A stretch of DNA of 64,000 nucleotides from contig JAJTCM010000004.1 in assembly GCA_021325675.1 (NCBI GenBank), positions 2,794 to 66,793 on the forward strand. Direction: 5' to 3'. The notes under the pieces were generated by a model. It made no database searches and had not been told where the DNA came from. It saw only the letters and a list, made by a program, of their open reading frames with translations. This DNA is from Crocinitomicaceae bacterium. GTDB taxonomy: Bacteria; Bacteroidota; Bacteroidia; Flavobacteriales_D; Crocinitomicaceae. Shown piece after piece: positions 37,613 to 48,031 of this stretch. Made by a program: the position numbers and the translations under genes. How positions within the stretch are numbered: position 1 is the first letter of the stretch; every line of letters starts with the position of its first letter.

Positions 37613-37908
37613 ACTGTTTTTTGGAATAAATCTTCCATGGTAGATTTTTTTAACAATTTTAAAGAACATCCGGAAAGTAAAAAGACTTTTTTGAACCAAA
37701 TAAGAACACAGAAATTTGAGATGTGATAGATGGAAGAGCGCATAAGTCATTCTGATAGTTTTCCGGGAAAAACCGCTTAAGTGTTCTTGATATTAGTGAT
37801 ATAAACAATTGTGGGCTTATATGCTTCAAATACAATCAACATCTTATGTCTTTTATCTTGAGTCTGTAAATCTGTAAAAAGAATTATCTTTACCCAAAAA
37901 TTCAAACT

Positions 37909-38688
37909 ATGTCATACAACAATATCATCGTAGAGCAAAAAAACCAGGTACAATGGATCACGATCAATCGCCCGAACCAGCTGAATGCGTTGAATAAAGA
38001 AACGATCCAGGAGCTTCACCAGGCGCTCAAAGCGGCGAATGAAGACCAGAAAACCGGGGTTGTTATCCTGACGGGATCAGGTGAAAAAGCCTTTGTTGCA
38101 GGAGCGGACATCAAGGAGTTTGCGGATTTTAGCACAAGCCAGGGGAAAGACCTTGCAGCGAAAGGCCAGGAAATCCTGTTTGATTTTGTAGAGAATTTAT
38201 CCAAGCCGGTTATTGCCGCAGTGAACGGTTTTGCCCTGGGTGGCGGGTTGGAGCTGGCGATGGCTTCCCATATCCGGATTGCTTCAGCGAATGCTAAAAT
38301 GGGCCTTCCGGAAGTTTCCCTGGGCGTGATCCCGGGTTATGGCGGAACGCAGCGTTTGGCACAGCTGGTAGGCAAAGGCAAGGCCAACGAAATGGTTTTC
38401 ACTGCCGGTATGATTACAGCAGAAGAAGCATTGAAGTGGGGATTGGTAAACGATGTTTGCTCCCTCGAAGAACTGCACGAAAGGGCCGATAAAATGGCCT
38501 CGAAAATATTGAATAACTCGGCTTCCGCGATTGCAGCGGCTATCAAGGCGATCAACGCTTCCACGAAGCACAATGTTGACGGTTTCCGGACGGAGATCGA
38601 AGAATTCGGCGCTTGTTTTGAAAGCCCTGACTTTATCGAAGGAACCACGGCCTTTGTGGAAAAAAGAAAAGCGAATTTCAGATCTTGA
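37909..38688 (+). CDS. Enoyl-CoA hydratase/isomerase
   Basis: INRPNQLNALN, AFVAGADI, GFALGGGLELA, PEVSLGVIPGYGGTQRL. Confidence 0.95.
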   Translation: MSYNNIIVEQKNQVQWITINRPNQLNALNKETIQELHQALKAANEDQKTGVVILTGSGEKAFVAGADIKEFADFSTSQGKDLAAKGQEILFDFVENLSKPVIAAVNGFALGGGLELAMASHIRIASANAKMGLPEVSLGVIPGYGGTQRLAQLVGKGKANEMVFTAGMITAEEALKWGLVNDVCSLEELHERADKMASKILNNSASAIAAAIKAINASTKHNVDGFRTEIEEFGACFESPDFIEGTTAFVEKRKANFRS

Positions 38689-40130
38689 ACCCATTTAAAA
38701 AATTACTCGGGCAAACGGCAGTTTACGGTCTTTCCAGCATTATCGGAAGACTGCTGAACTATTTGCTGGTACCGCTCTATACATTCGTTTTCAAAAATCC
38801 GGCGGATTACGGGGACGTGTCTATTTTGTATGCCTGGGTAGCTTTTTTGGTTGTTTTCCTGACTTTCGGTATGGAAACGACCTTTTTCCGTTACCTTCAC
38901 CTGAAAGAAGACAAGGAGAAGATTTTCAGCAACAGCTTCCTGACGCTGATCGTGCTGAATATTCTGTTTTTCATCATCGTTGTATTTTTCAACCAGGATG
39001 TGGCGGATTATTTGCTGTTCCATGAGCACAACGAATACATTGTTCTGCTGGCATTGATCGTGTGCATCGACTCGGTGAGCAGCCTGCCGCTGGCGAAGCT
39101 GCGTGCGGAAGAAAAAGCCGTCAAATTTGCAGCCATCCAGTTTACGTCCATCGGGGTGAATATCGTCCTGAACCTGATTTTCATGCTGATCTTTTTCGAT
39201 CCGGACAGGCCTGAGGAAGGTGTGCTTTTTATCCTGATCGCCAACCTGATTTCTTCGCTTGTGAAACCGCTTTTGCTGTATAAAGATTTCCTGATGGTGC
39301 GCCTGAGCTTCGATTTTCAGCTGGTACGCGAAATGATGATCTACGCTTTTCCGCTGGTTTTTGCAGGTTTTGCGGGCATCATCAATGAAACGATCGACCG
39401 GATTTTACTGGAGCGGATTTTATTTTCTTCCGGGAAAACGCTTACTGAAGCCAAAACCGAAGTGGGGATTTACAGCGCAGTATATAAGCTGGCGATGCTC
39501 GTTACTATTTTTCTACAGGCCTATCGCTACGCCGCCGAGCCTTTTTTCTTTGCCCAGTCGAAAAACCAGGACCGCAACAAAGTGTATGTCAAAACGATGA
39601 ATTATTTTGTGGCCGGGGTTTGCCTGATTTTCCTGCTCGTTGCGCTCAACATTGATATTTTCAAGCATTTCATCCGGAACGAAAGTTATTGGGTAGGCCT
39701 GGGCGTTGTCCCGATCCTTTTGCTCGCCAATGTTTTCCTGGGGATTTATTACAACCAGAGCATCTGGTACAAGCTGAGCGGGCAAACGAAATTCGGGGCA
39801 TACATTTCCATCGGCGGCGCTTTGCTGACGGTGCTCATCAATGTCTTTTTTATCCCGGAATACGGCTACTGGGCCTGCGCCTGGGCTACGTTGATTGTTT
39901 ATGCCGCCCAGATGATCGCTTCGTATCTGTTGGGCCAGCGCTATTACCCGATCAAATACAACCTGCGGAAATTTGCGCTTTACCTGGGGCTCAGTCTCGT
40001 AATTTTCTGGATGGCAAACCTGTTTGATATGGAAAGCGGCTATGGGAAATTCTTCGTTCACAACGGGATGATCTGCCTTTTTGTGTTTGTCGTGTGGAGC
40101 CTGGACTTCCGATCTCTTAAAAAAGGTTAA
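38685..40130 (+). CDS. Wzx/MATE-like oligosaccharide flippase
   Basis: TTG start overlapping the upstream stop; GQTAVYGLSSI, FGMETTFFRY, many TM segments. Confidence 0.88.
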   Translation: MNPFKKLLGQTAVYGLSSIIGRLLNYLLVPLYTFVFKNPADYGDVSILYAWVAFLVVFLTFGMETTFFRYLHLKEDKEKIFSNSFLTLIVLNILFFIIVVFFNQDVADYLLFHEHNEYIVLLALIVCIDSVSSLPLAKLRAEEKAVKFAAIQFTSIGVNIVLNLIFMLIFFDPDRPEEGVLFILIANLISSLVKPLLLYKDFLMVRLSFDFQLVREMMIYAFPLVFAGFAGIINETIDRILLERILFSSGKTLTEAKTEVGIYSAVYKLAMLVTIFLQAYRYAAEPFFFAQSKNQDRNKVYVKTMNYFVAGVCLIFLLVALNIDIFKHFIRNESYWVGLGVVPILLLANVFLGIYYNQSIWYKLSGQTKFGAYISIGGALLTVLINVFFIPEYGYWACAWATLIVYAAQMIASYLLGQRYYPIKYNLRKFALYLGLSLVIFWMANLFDMESGYGKFFVHNGMICLFVFVVWSLDFRSLKKG

Positions 40131-40305
40131 GATTTGAGAATTCGAAAATTTGAAGATTCCCTGCTTCGCAGATTCGAAGCATTGAAGTTCGTTTATGGTT
40201 TGCCTTTGTAGTCCTGCTTTTTAGATTTTTACTTTGGGATTTGGAAGATCTGAATCTTCGAACGGATCAATTAGCACATTAAACTATTAGCATATTAACC
40301 CATTA
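40131..40305. repeat. GATTCGAA-family and ATTAGCAY-family repeat tract upstream of metF
   Basis: GATTTGAG AATTCGAA AATTTGAA GATT...GAATCTTCGAA; ATTAGCAC ATTAAACT ATTAGCAT ATTAACCC ATTA (40270-40305). Confidence 0.75.
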
Positions 40306-40312
40306 AATTGCT

Positions 40313-40320
40313 TATCTTTG
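40313..40320 (+). promoter_or_regulatory. -7 promoter element for metF
   Basis: TATCTTTG. Confidence 0.7.
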
Positions 40321-40356
40321 TCGTTTTTAATTTTTAAAACAGCTATCTGACATAAA

Positions 40357-41307
40357 ATGAAGGTCATTGAACATTTAAACGAGGCAAAGTCGACTTTGTT
40401 TTCATTTGAAATCCTACCTCCGCTCAAGGGAAAAAGCATCCAGTCCATTTATGACGGTATTGATCCTTTGATGGAGTTTAAACCCAAATTCATTAATGTG
40501 ACCTATCACCGCGAAGAATATATCTACAAGGAAAGGGATAACGGATTGCTGGAAAAAATTGCCATCCGCAAGCGCCCCGGAACAGTAGGGATTTGTGCGG
40601 CAATCATGAATAAATATTACGTAGACGCTGTTCCTCACCTGATTTGCGGCGGCTTCTCGAAAGAAGAAACAGAAAACGCGCTCATTGATCTCCAGTTCCT
40701 TGGAATTGACAACGTGCTGGCCCTGCGCGGTGATTCGATCAAAACCGAATCCGCATTCAAACCGCACACCGAAGGCCACGCGCATGCCGTCGACCTGATC
40801 GACCAGATTATGAGCATGAACAGCGGGAATTACATGACTGAAGAATACCAGCTCGAGCCGACCAATTTTTGCATCGGGACTGCCGGTTACCCGGAAAAGC
40901 ACTTCGAAGCGATGAACCTCTCCACGGATTTGATGTACCTCAAACGCAAAGTGGATGCGGGCGCTTCTTACGTTGTGACCCAGATGTTTTTCGACAATAA
41001 AAAATACTTTGAATTCGTGGACGCCTGCCGCGCGATTGGAATTACCGTTCCGATCATCCCGGGGCTGAAGCCGATCAAAACCCTGGCGCATGCTTCTTTT
41101 TTACCGAAGTTTTTCCACGTAGATTTCCCGGAAGACCTTTCCAAAGAGCTGATCAAATGCAAGGATAACAAAGCGGCTGAGCAAGTCGGGATCGAGTGGG
41201 GCATCCACCAGTCCAAAGAACTCAAACAAGCGAATGTACCGTGCATTCACTATTATACGATGTCAACCTCTTCTTCCGTTAAGGCGATAGCCCGGGAAGT
41301 ATTTTAA
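40357..41307 (+). CDS. metF: 5,10-methylenetetrahydrofolate reductase
   Basis: FSFEILPP, VPHLICG, LALRGD, AGYPEKH, KVDAGA, TQMFFD, HYYTM. Confidence 0.95.
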   Translation: MKVIEHLNEAKSTLFSFEILPPLKGKSIQSIYDGIDPLMEFKPKFINVTYHREEYIYKERDNGLLEKIAIRKRPGTVGICAAIMNKYYVDAVPHLICGGFSKEETENALIDLQFLGIDNVLALRGDSIKTESAFKPHTEGHAHAVDLIDQIMSMNSGNYMTEEYQLEPTNFCIGTAGYPEKHFEAMNLSTDLMYLKRKVDAGASYVVTQMFFDNKKYFEFVDACRAIGITVPIIPGLKPIKTLAHASFLPKFFHVDFPEDLSKELIKCKDNKAAEQVGIEWGIHQSKELKQANVPCIHYYTMSTSSSVKAIAREVF

Positions 41308-41316
41308 ACGTAACAA

Positions 41317-41853
41317 ATGAAAAAAATTCTTTTCCTGGCCCTTGTCAGTATCCAATTTACCGGCTTTTCCCAGATTGAGTCGCTGGACTTGAAAAACGTG
41401 CTGGTCGTGGGACAGCTTGATAAACCCGAAGACCGCTTTACGGTGGAAGTCAACATGACGGAAATCCTGGCTGAGCAGGGGATCAAAACGATGGCTTCGC
41501 TCAATGTGCTCAAGCAGGGCGCCGAAATGATTACGATAGCAAGTGATAGCGTAGCTGCTGTGCTCAAAGCTAAAGGGATCGACACCTATGTGCTGGTTTC
41601 CGTGCGCGGCTACGACACGAGGTTTAAACCGTCCAAAAACCACAACGACCTGAAAACCGAGCTGACGACCGGTCACTTATTTCCGCTTTACCGCGATGAA
41701 ACTGTTTCCGTAACTTTGGAATTCAATTTTTACAGGAATGGCCAGTTCGTAGCATACGATATCCTTAAATTGCCGGGCACTTCTTCCCGCGATGAGGTAA
41801 TAAAAAAACTGCATAAAAAATTGCCGAAGCGTATCAATAAGCTTTGGAAATAA
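41317..41853 (+). CDS. Hypothetical exported protein
   Basis: 178-aa ORF with signal peptide, in an operon context. Confidence 0.7.
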   Translation: MKKILFLALVSIQFTGFSQIESLDLKNVLVVGQLDKPEDRFTVEVNMTEILAEQGIKTMASLNVLKQGAEMITIASDSVAAVLKAKGIDTYVLVSVRGYDTRFKPSKNHNDLKTELTTGHLFPLYRDETVSVTLEFNFYRNGQFVAYDILKLPGTSSRDEVIKKLHKKLPKRINKLWK

Positions 41854-41893
41854 TAACACATAAAATTAATTAACTAAAATAATCTAAACGAGT

Positions 41894-42730
41894 ATGAAAA
41901 CAATTAAAACACTCTTATTTGTAGCCCTGAGCGGTCTCACTTTCGGACAAGGCCTGAAAGTTCCTGTAAAAAGCCCGATGGCAACGATTAAACAGGCTGT
42001 TGGAATCTCTGATATAACGGTTGAATATTGCCGCCCGAGCAAAAACGGCCGCGTAGTATTCGGTGATGTTGTTCCTTTTGATGAAGTATGGAGAACAGGT
42101 GCAAATGCTTCAACTAAAGTTACTTTCGGGGAAGATGTGAAAATCAACGGCCAGGCGCTGAAAGCCGGGACCTATTCACTCTACACGATTCCTAAAAAAG
42201 ACGAGTGGGTTGTGATCTTCAACAAAAACCTGACTTTGTGGGGGTCCGACGGTTATACGGAATCGGAAGATGCTGCACGCATTTTAGTGAAAACACAAAA
42301 AACGGCTGAATTGGTGGAAACGTTCACAATTGCATTCAATAACCTGAAACCGACAGCTGCAACAATGGACCTTACCTGGGAAAACACGAAAGTGAGCCTT
42401 GATCTTTCCGTTGAAGTGGACGAAAAAATCATGAAAAATATCGAAGCTACGATGTCCCAGGACAAACGTCCGTTCTACCAGGCGGCTTCATATTACTACG
42501 ACAACAAAAAAGACATGAAGCAAGCGCTGGAGTGGGCCAACAAAGCAGTTGAATCCAACCCGAAAGCTTACTGGACGCTGGTTTTGAAATCCAAAATCCA
42601 ATTGGAGCTGAACGACAAAAAAGGCGCGAAAGAAACGGCTGAAGCAGCTAAGAAAATGGCTGAGGAAGAAAAAGACCAGGCTTACGCGAAACAAGCGGAC
42701 GAAATTATCAAAAAAGCTTCTGCGAAATAA
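41894..42730 (+). CDS. DUF2911-domain protein with C-terminal TPR-like helices
   Basis: SP...YCRP...FGDVVPFDEVWRTGAN, AGTYSLYTIP, WEN. Confidence 0.88.
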   Translation: MKTIKTLLFVALSGLTFGQGLKVPVKSPMATIKQAVGISDITVEYCRPSKNGRVVFGDVVPFDEVWRTGANASTKVTFGEDVKINGQALKAGTYSLYTIPKKDEWVVIFNKNLTLWGSDGYTESEDAARILVKTQKTAELVETFTIAFNNLKPTAATMDLTWENTKVSLDLSVEVDEKIMKNIEATMSQDKRPFYQAASYYYDNKKDMKQALEWANKAVESNPKAYWTLVLKSKIQLELNDKKGAKETAEAAKKMAEEEKDQAYAKQADEIIKKASAK

Positions 42731-42733
42731 GTC

Positions 42734-43171
42734 ATGCTGCAGGTAAAAGTCATCAATCAATCCGGCCACGAGCTGCCGAAATACGAAACACACGGTGCGG
42801 CGGGCCTCGACCTCAAAGCGAATATCGAAGAAGCAGTGGAGCTGAAGCCTTTGCAGCGAGCGCTCATCAAAACGGGGATTTTCATTGAAATTCCTGAAGG
42901 GTACGAAGCCCAGGTGCGCCCCAGAAGCGGTTTGGCCTATAAATACGGTGTTACGGTTCTAAATTCTCCCGGAACGATCGATGCGGACTACCGCGGAGAA
43001 GTTGGCGTGATTTTGGTAAACCTCTCAGATCAGCCTTTCGTGATTGAAAACGGGGAGCGCATTGCCCAGCTGGTTTTTGCCAAAGTGGAGCAGGCAGAAT
43101 GGTCTGAAAGTAACGGTTTATCCGAAACTAACCGCGGCGCCGGGGGATTCGGGAGCACGGGAAAAAAATAA
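42734..43171 (+). CDS. dut: dUTP diphosphatase
   Basis: [37 protein letters not shown]. Confidence 0.97.
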   Translation: MLQVKVINQSGHELPKYETHGAAGLDLKANIEEAVELKPLQRALIKTGIFIEIPEGYEAQVRPRSGLAYKYGVTVLNSPGTIDADYRGEVGVILVNLSDQPFVIENGERIAQLVFAKVEQAEWSESNGLSETNRGAGGFGSTGKK

Positions 43172-43239
43172 GCTTTTCTCCGCCCGACCCGAAAATTAGT
43201 TTATATTTGAAAATAAATAGTTAGATCTAAAATAATACA

Positions 43240-44247
43240 ATGAAAGTAATCATTCCTATGGCCGGTCGCGGAAGCAGATTGCGCCCGCATACACTTACTC
43301 TGCCTAAACCATTGATCCCCGTTGGAGGGAAACCGATCGTACACCGTTTAGTGGAAGATATCGCTTCGGTTTGCAGTGAGCAGATTGAAGAAATCGGCTT
43401 CATTATCGGTGATTTCGGCAAGGAAGTTGAACAGGAACTGATCCAGGTGGCTGAGCGTCTCGGCGCCAAAGGCTCGATCTTTTACCAGGATGAAGCGCTT
43501 GGGACTGCCCACGCGGTTTTGTGTGCCAAAAGCATGCTCAGCGGCCCGGTTGTGGTTGCCTTCGCAGATACCTTGTTCAAAGCGGATTTTAAAATTGATT
43601 CCCAGATCGACGGGATCCTGTGGGTAAAACAAATCGAAGACCCTTCTTCCTTCGGCGTAGTGAAAATGGATGGCGATGGCCACATCATTGACTTCGTGGA
43701 GAAACCGGAGACTTTTGTTTCCGACCTGGCGATGATTGGAGTGTATTACTTCAAGAGCGGGGAGGACCTTCTCGTTGAGCTGAACTACCTCGTTGACAAT
43801 AAAATTATTAAGAGCGGCGAATACCAATTGCCGGACGCCCTGCGCAGGCTGACCGAAAAAGGCAAAAAATTCAAGCCCGGAGAAGTCCAGGAATGGCTGG
43901 ATTGCGGCAACAAAGAAGTGACCGTCCACACCAACAAGCGCGTGCTTGACTACGATTTTGAGAAAAAGCTCGAAATGGTGCACCCGACTGCGAAAGTGAC
44001 GCAAACAATTATCATTCCGCCGTGCTATATCGGTGAAAACGTCGTAATCTCCAATTCCGTGATCGGGCCGCATGTATCAGTGGGGAAAGATTCACACGTG
44101 AACGAATGCATTATCAAAAACAGTATTTTGCAGAAAAACACCGAAATCCTGAATGCGAATATCGAAAACTCCATGATCGGGAATTTTGCCAAATACAATG
44201 GCATTGCACGCGATATCAGCATGAGCGATTATTCTACGATTGATTAA
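43240..44247 (+). CDS. Sugar-phosphate nucleotidyltransferase with C-terminal hexapeptide repeats
   Basis: PMAGRGSRLRPHT...PKPL, FVEKP, WLDCG; TATATTTG promoter at 43202-43209. Confidence 0.92.
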   Translation: MKVIIPMAGRGSRLRPHTLTLPKPLIPVGGKPIVHRLVEDIASVCSEQIEEIGFIIGDFGKEVEQELIQVAERLGAKGSIFYQDEALGTAHAVLCAKSMLSGPVVVAFADTLFKADFKIDSQIDGILWVKQIEDPSSFGVVKMDGDGHIIDFVEKPETFVSDLAMIGVYYFKSGEDLLVELNYLVDNKIIKSGEYQLPDALRRLTEKGKKFKPGEVQEWLDCGNKEVTVHTNKRVLDYDFEKKLEMVHPTAKVTQTIIIPPCYIGENVVISNSVIGPHVSVGKDSHVNECIIKNSILQKNTEILNANIENSMIGNFAKYNGIARDISMSDYSTID

Positions 44248-45962
44248 TGAAATACAGCATATACATAGCTTTATTCCTGCTTTTTGCAGCTTGCGGAACC
44301 AAAAAGGCGGCTGATACCGATACCGTACCGGTGAATTCCGGGCCAACGGACTACAGCTACATTGAAAAGTTCCACCATGCCCTGCGCCTGAAGCAAAAAG
44401 GACAGTATCCCGAAGCGATTGCCGCGTTTGAATCCTGCAAGGCCATGCGCCCCAACGACGATGCGGTTTACTACGCCCTGGCGGAATTGTACCTCCTGAC
44501 CCAGCAGATGTCCAAGTCTTCCGAAGCGATCCAGATGGCCGTGAAGCTTGACCCGGACAACAAATGGTACATCCAGGAATATGCGTACATGCTGTTCGAA
44601 ACTAAAAATTTCAAGGAAGCGGCCAAAAGCTTCAAAAAACTGTCGGAATTAGATCCCAATAACGTGGAATGGCTGTTTTCCTATGCAGAAGCCCTGATGC
44701 GCTCCGATGATTTTTCGGGGGCAGTAAAAGCGCTCGATAAGCTGGAAAACGAAATCGGCGCCAACCCGGAGCTGAGTATCCAGAAATTTACTTTGTACCG
44801 CCGCATCAAGCAAGACGACAAAGCGATCCTCGAGCTGGAAAAAGCCCTGAAAATCTTTCCTTCCGATGTGCAGCTGCTGGCAAACCTCGTGGACTATTAT
44901 TTTGAAAAAAAGCAGGACGAAAAAGCCTTTGCTTACCTCAAGGAGCTTGCTGTCAATGATCCCGGGAACGGGAATGCACATCTGGCGCTCGCACAATATT
45001 ACGATCAGAAAGGACAGCGGCAGGAATCGTATGTGGAGCTCAAAAAAGCTTTCCTGGCCGATGATGTGAAGCTGGATACCAAAATAAAGATTATCCTCAG
45101 CATGTTCGAAAGCCAGTCAAAACTTGATCCCGAAATGCTGGAGCTGGCAACGATCCTCGTAGATAAATATCCGGCTGACGGACGTGTATATACCGTGCGC
45201 GGAGATTTTTACCTCAAGGAACAAAAAGAAGCGCTTGCTCTCAAAGATTTTCAAAAAGCACTTGAATTCGAGAAAAGCAAATTTGCGATCTGGGAACAAG
45301 TCCTGCTGATGGAATACCAGGCGCAGGATTATGCACGGCTTTATGCGGATGCAAAAACCTGTCTCGAATACTTTCCTTCCCAGGCCAAAGTATACCTTTT
45401 GTTCGGCGTTGCCGCCAATCAATTGAAAAAATACGAAGAAGCCCTTGATAAGCTGACTTTGGGCGAAGAGCTGATCGCGAATGACCCGGTTATGAAATCG
45501 GAAATCCTTTCGCAGAAAGGCGACGCTTTGTTTGGCCTTAAGCGGGTGAAAGAAGGAAAAGAAGCCTACGAAGCGGCTTTGAAGCTCGATCCGGACAATA
45601 TTTTATACAAAAACAATTACGCTTACCGTCTCGCGTTGGTGAACACAGACCTCGACAAAGCCGAAAGCCTGATCAAACAGGTATTGGAAGCTTCACCCGG
45701 CGAATCACATTTCATCGATACGTATGGTTTTATTCTTTTTCAAAAAGGAAAATATGCCGAAGCGCTGGAACAATTTAGAAAAGCGCTCGTACTAAAACCC
45801 GAAGACAAACACATTGTGGAGCACACCGGCGATGCCCTGTTCAAAACAGGAAATGTAACGGATGCTGTCAATGCCTGGAAAAAGGCGAAAGAGCTGGGTT
45901 CAACAAACCTGAAATTAAATGACAAAATTGAAAAAAAAGCATATTATGACCCGGTTTACTAA
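44247..45962 (+). CDS. Tetratricopeptide-repeat lipoprotein
   Basis: LFAAC lipobox; many TPR units; NNYAY, DTYG. Confidence 0.9.
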   Translation: MKYSIYIALFLLFAACGTKKAADTDTVPVNSGPTDYSYIEKFHHALRLKQKGQYPEAIAAFESCKAMRPNDDAVYYALAELYLLTQQMSKSSEAIQMAVKLDPDNKWYIQEYAYMLFETKNFKEAAKSFKKLSELDPNNVEWLFSYAEALMRSDDFSGAVKALDKLENEIGANPELSIQKFTLYRRIKQDDKAILELEKALKIFPSDVQLLANLVDYYFEKKQDEKAFAYLKELAVNDPGNGNAHLALAQYYDQKGQRQESYVELKKAFLADDVKLDTKIKIILSMFESQSKLDPEMLELATILVDKYPADGRVYTVRGDFYLKEQKEALALKDFQKALEFEKSKFAIWEQVLLMEYQAQDYARLYADAKTCLEYFPSQAKVYLLFGVAANQLKKYEEALDKLTLGEELIANDPVMKSEILSQKGDALFGLKRVKEGKEAYEAALKLDPDNILYKNNYAYRLALVNTDLDKAESLIKQVLEASPGESHFIDTYGFILFQKGKYAEALEQFRKALVLKPEDKHIVEHTGDALFKTGNVTDAVNAWKKAKELGSTNLKLNDKIEKKAYYDPVY

Positions 45963-46758
45963 GTATTTTGCTTTTCTTTCATGCCTTTTGCTTTTCTCCT
46001 GCGCCAAAAAGCTCGTGGGTGAAAATGTGGAAAAAGTAGAGCGCCGCAAAACTTCAGAGTTGCTGAATGTGCTCGACAGTTTGACGAAGCAGAAACCACA
46101 GACTTTTTACTCCAAGATTTCAACCAAATACCGCGATACGACCCAGGATTTGTCTTTCAAAACCTCTATCCGCATGGTGAAAGACAGCGCGATCAACGCT
46201 TTGATCACGTATGCAACGCTCCCGATTTTCAACTCGGTGCTTACGCCGGACAGTTTGACGATCGTAAACAAGCGAGGCAAATGTTTTACCAAAACCAAGC
46301 TGAATTACATCAAGGAAAATTTTGGGGTCGCTTTCGATTATAAAAACGTGGAAGAGCTTTTGCTCGGCCTGCCTTTGGCGTACGATGACGATCAGAAATA
46401 TTTCCAGATCCACGATCCGTACAACTACATTGTTTCTTCCCACCGCAAGCGCGAAATCAGGCGTTATGACAAAAAGGAAAAGCTGCAGGACGACATTATC
46501 ATCAAGTATTTTCTGTCAAACGATTTGAAAAGCCTGAAAAAGATGGAAGTCGAAAGCAATGCCGATTCCGCCCGCATCGAGGTGAATTTCCTCAAATGGG
46601 AAATGGTCGAAAATTACAACGTTCCAAGCGAGGTGTTTATTAAAATTTTCACGCCGAATAACCGCATTGAGGTTGAAATGAACTACGATAAAATCCAGGT
46701 AAATGTACCGCAACAGCTTTTTTTAGTTATACCGGAAGACTATGAGGAATGTAAATAA
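45946..46758 (+). CDS. DUF4292-domain lipoprotein
   Basis: LLFSC lipobox, IRMVKDSAI, C-terminal IPEDY; position between the TPR and EnvC-like genes. Confidence 0.75.
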   Translation: MTRFTKYFAFLSCLLLFSCAKKLVGENVEKVERRKTSELLNVLDSLTKQKPQTFYSKISTKYRDTTQDLSFKTSIRMVKDSAINALITYATLPIFNSVLTPDSLTIVNKRGKCFTKTKLNYIKENFGVAFDYKNVEELLLGLPLAYDDDQKYFQIHDPYNYIVSSHRKREIRRYDKKEKLQDDIIIKYFLSNDLKSLKKMEVESNADSARIEVNFLKWEMVENYNVPSEVFIKIFTPNNRIEVEMNYDKIQVNVPQQLFLVIPEDYEECK

Positions 46759-48013
46759 ATACACCTTGCTGCTCGTCACCCTGTGTTTCGCGGCGTCGCT
46801 TTCTGCCCAGAGCAATACCGAAAAGCTCAAGCGGGAACAGGAAAAGCTTGAAAAAAACATTTCCAATACCAAAAACCTGCTAGAGAAAACAAAAACGAAT
46901 GCGGAGATCACGCTCAACGAGCTGAAGCTGATCGACAACCAGGTTAAATTCCGCGAGGAGCTTTTGCAGAATTTTGACAACCAGATCCGCGGCACAGAGC
47001 TTAAAATCGAGCAAAAAAACAACCAGATCAATGAGCTGGAAACCAAGCTCGCTTCCCTGAAAGAGCAATACCGGAAGCTGGTGATCTACGCGTATAAAAA
47101 ACGCAGTAAACAGGGACAGATGATGTTCATTTTTTCCTCTTCGTCCTATTACGAAGCGCTGAAACGCAAAAAATATCTCGAAAAAATTGCTGAAATCCAG
47201 CGCAAGCAAAAACTGATCATCCAGCAGCACCGGAAACTAATCGCCAAGGAAAAAGGCGAATTGGTGGAAGAAAAATCCTATAAAGAAACGATTGCCGATC
47301 AGAAACGCCGCGAAAAGGAAGAAATCCTGAAAGACAAGGAAGAGCAATCCAAAGCGCTGACGAAGCTCAAGCAGGAAGAAGGAAAGCTGCTCGCGGCGAT
47401 CAAAAAGGACGAAGCCCGCAAAGCGGAGATCAAACGGAAGATCGACAAGGCCATCCAGGACGAAATTGCCCGCCAGGAAAAAAGCAAGCCGAAAACACCG
47501 AAAGGTACGAAGCCCAAAACCCCGAAAACAAGCTCAGGTGAAACGAAGCCCAAAACGGAAGAACCGGTTAAGTTCATAGAACCGAAAGAAGTGGAGCTTA
47601 ACACCAATTTTGAGACGAATAAAGGCAAATTGCCGTGGCCGGTTGCAACGGGATCAATCACTGAAAAATTCGGAAAAAACCCGCATCCAAGTATCCCGAA
47701 TATCTTCACCAACAACAACGGCGTGGATATCAGTACCAATAAAGGCGCTTCCGTACGTGCAGTGTTTGAAGGCGAAGTAACGAGCATCATCAACATCTTG
47801 GGCGCCGGAAAAACAGTTATCATCCGTCACGGAAATTACCGTACGGTTTACAGTAACCTGCAGGACGTTTACGTTTCCACCGGATCGAAAGTCAGCACCA
47901 AGCAGGCAATCGGCTCACTGCTTGTGCAGGAAGGCGCAGCATTGTCCGTTTTGCATTTTGAAGTAAGACAAGACATCAACGTGATGAACCCAAGCTTGTG
48001 GATCACGCGTTAA
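46742..48013 (+). CDS. EnvC-like murein hydrolase activator (coiled coil + degenerate M23 domain)
   Basis: Long coiled coil; KGKLPWPV, NNGVDI, IIRHGNYRTVYSNL, LHFEV. Confidence 0.9.
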   Translation: MRNVNKYTLLLVTLCFAASLSAQSNTEKLKREQEKLEKNISNTKNLLEKTKTNAEITLNELKLIDNQVKFREELLQNFDNQIRGTELKIEQKNNQINELETKLASLKEQYRKLVIYAYKKRSKQGQMMFIFSSSSYYEALKRKKYLEKIAEIQRKQKLIIQQHRKLIAKEKGELVEEKSYKETIADQKRREKEEILKDKEEQSKALTKLKQEEGKLLAAIKKDEARKAEIKRKIDKAIQDEIARQEKSKPKTPKGTKPKTPKTSSGETKPKTEEPVKFIEPKEVELNTNFETNKGKLPWPVATGSITEKFGKNPHPSIPNIFTNNNGVDISTNKGASVRAVFEGEVTSIINILGAGKTVIIRHGNYRTVYSNLQDVYVSTGSKVSTKQAIGSLLVQEGAALSVLHFEVRQDINVMNPSLWITR

Positions 48014-48031
48014 TCAAATTATAAAATCACT

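Noticed and set aside
40131..40356. SAM riboswitch upstream of metF
   Set aside because: The promoter is only 36 nt from the ATG, the upstream tract consists of repeats, and I saw no SAM-I or SAM-II core motifs.
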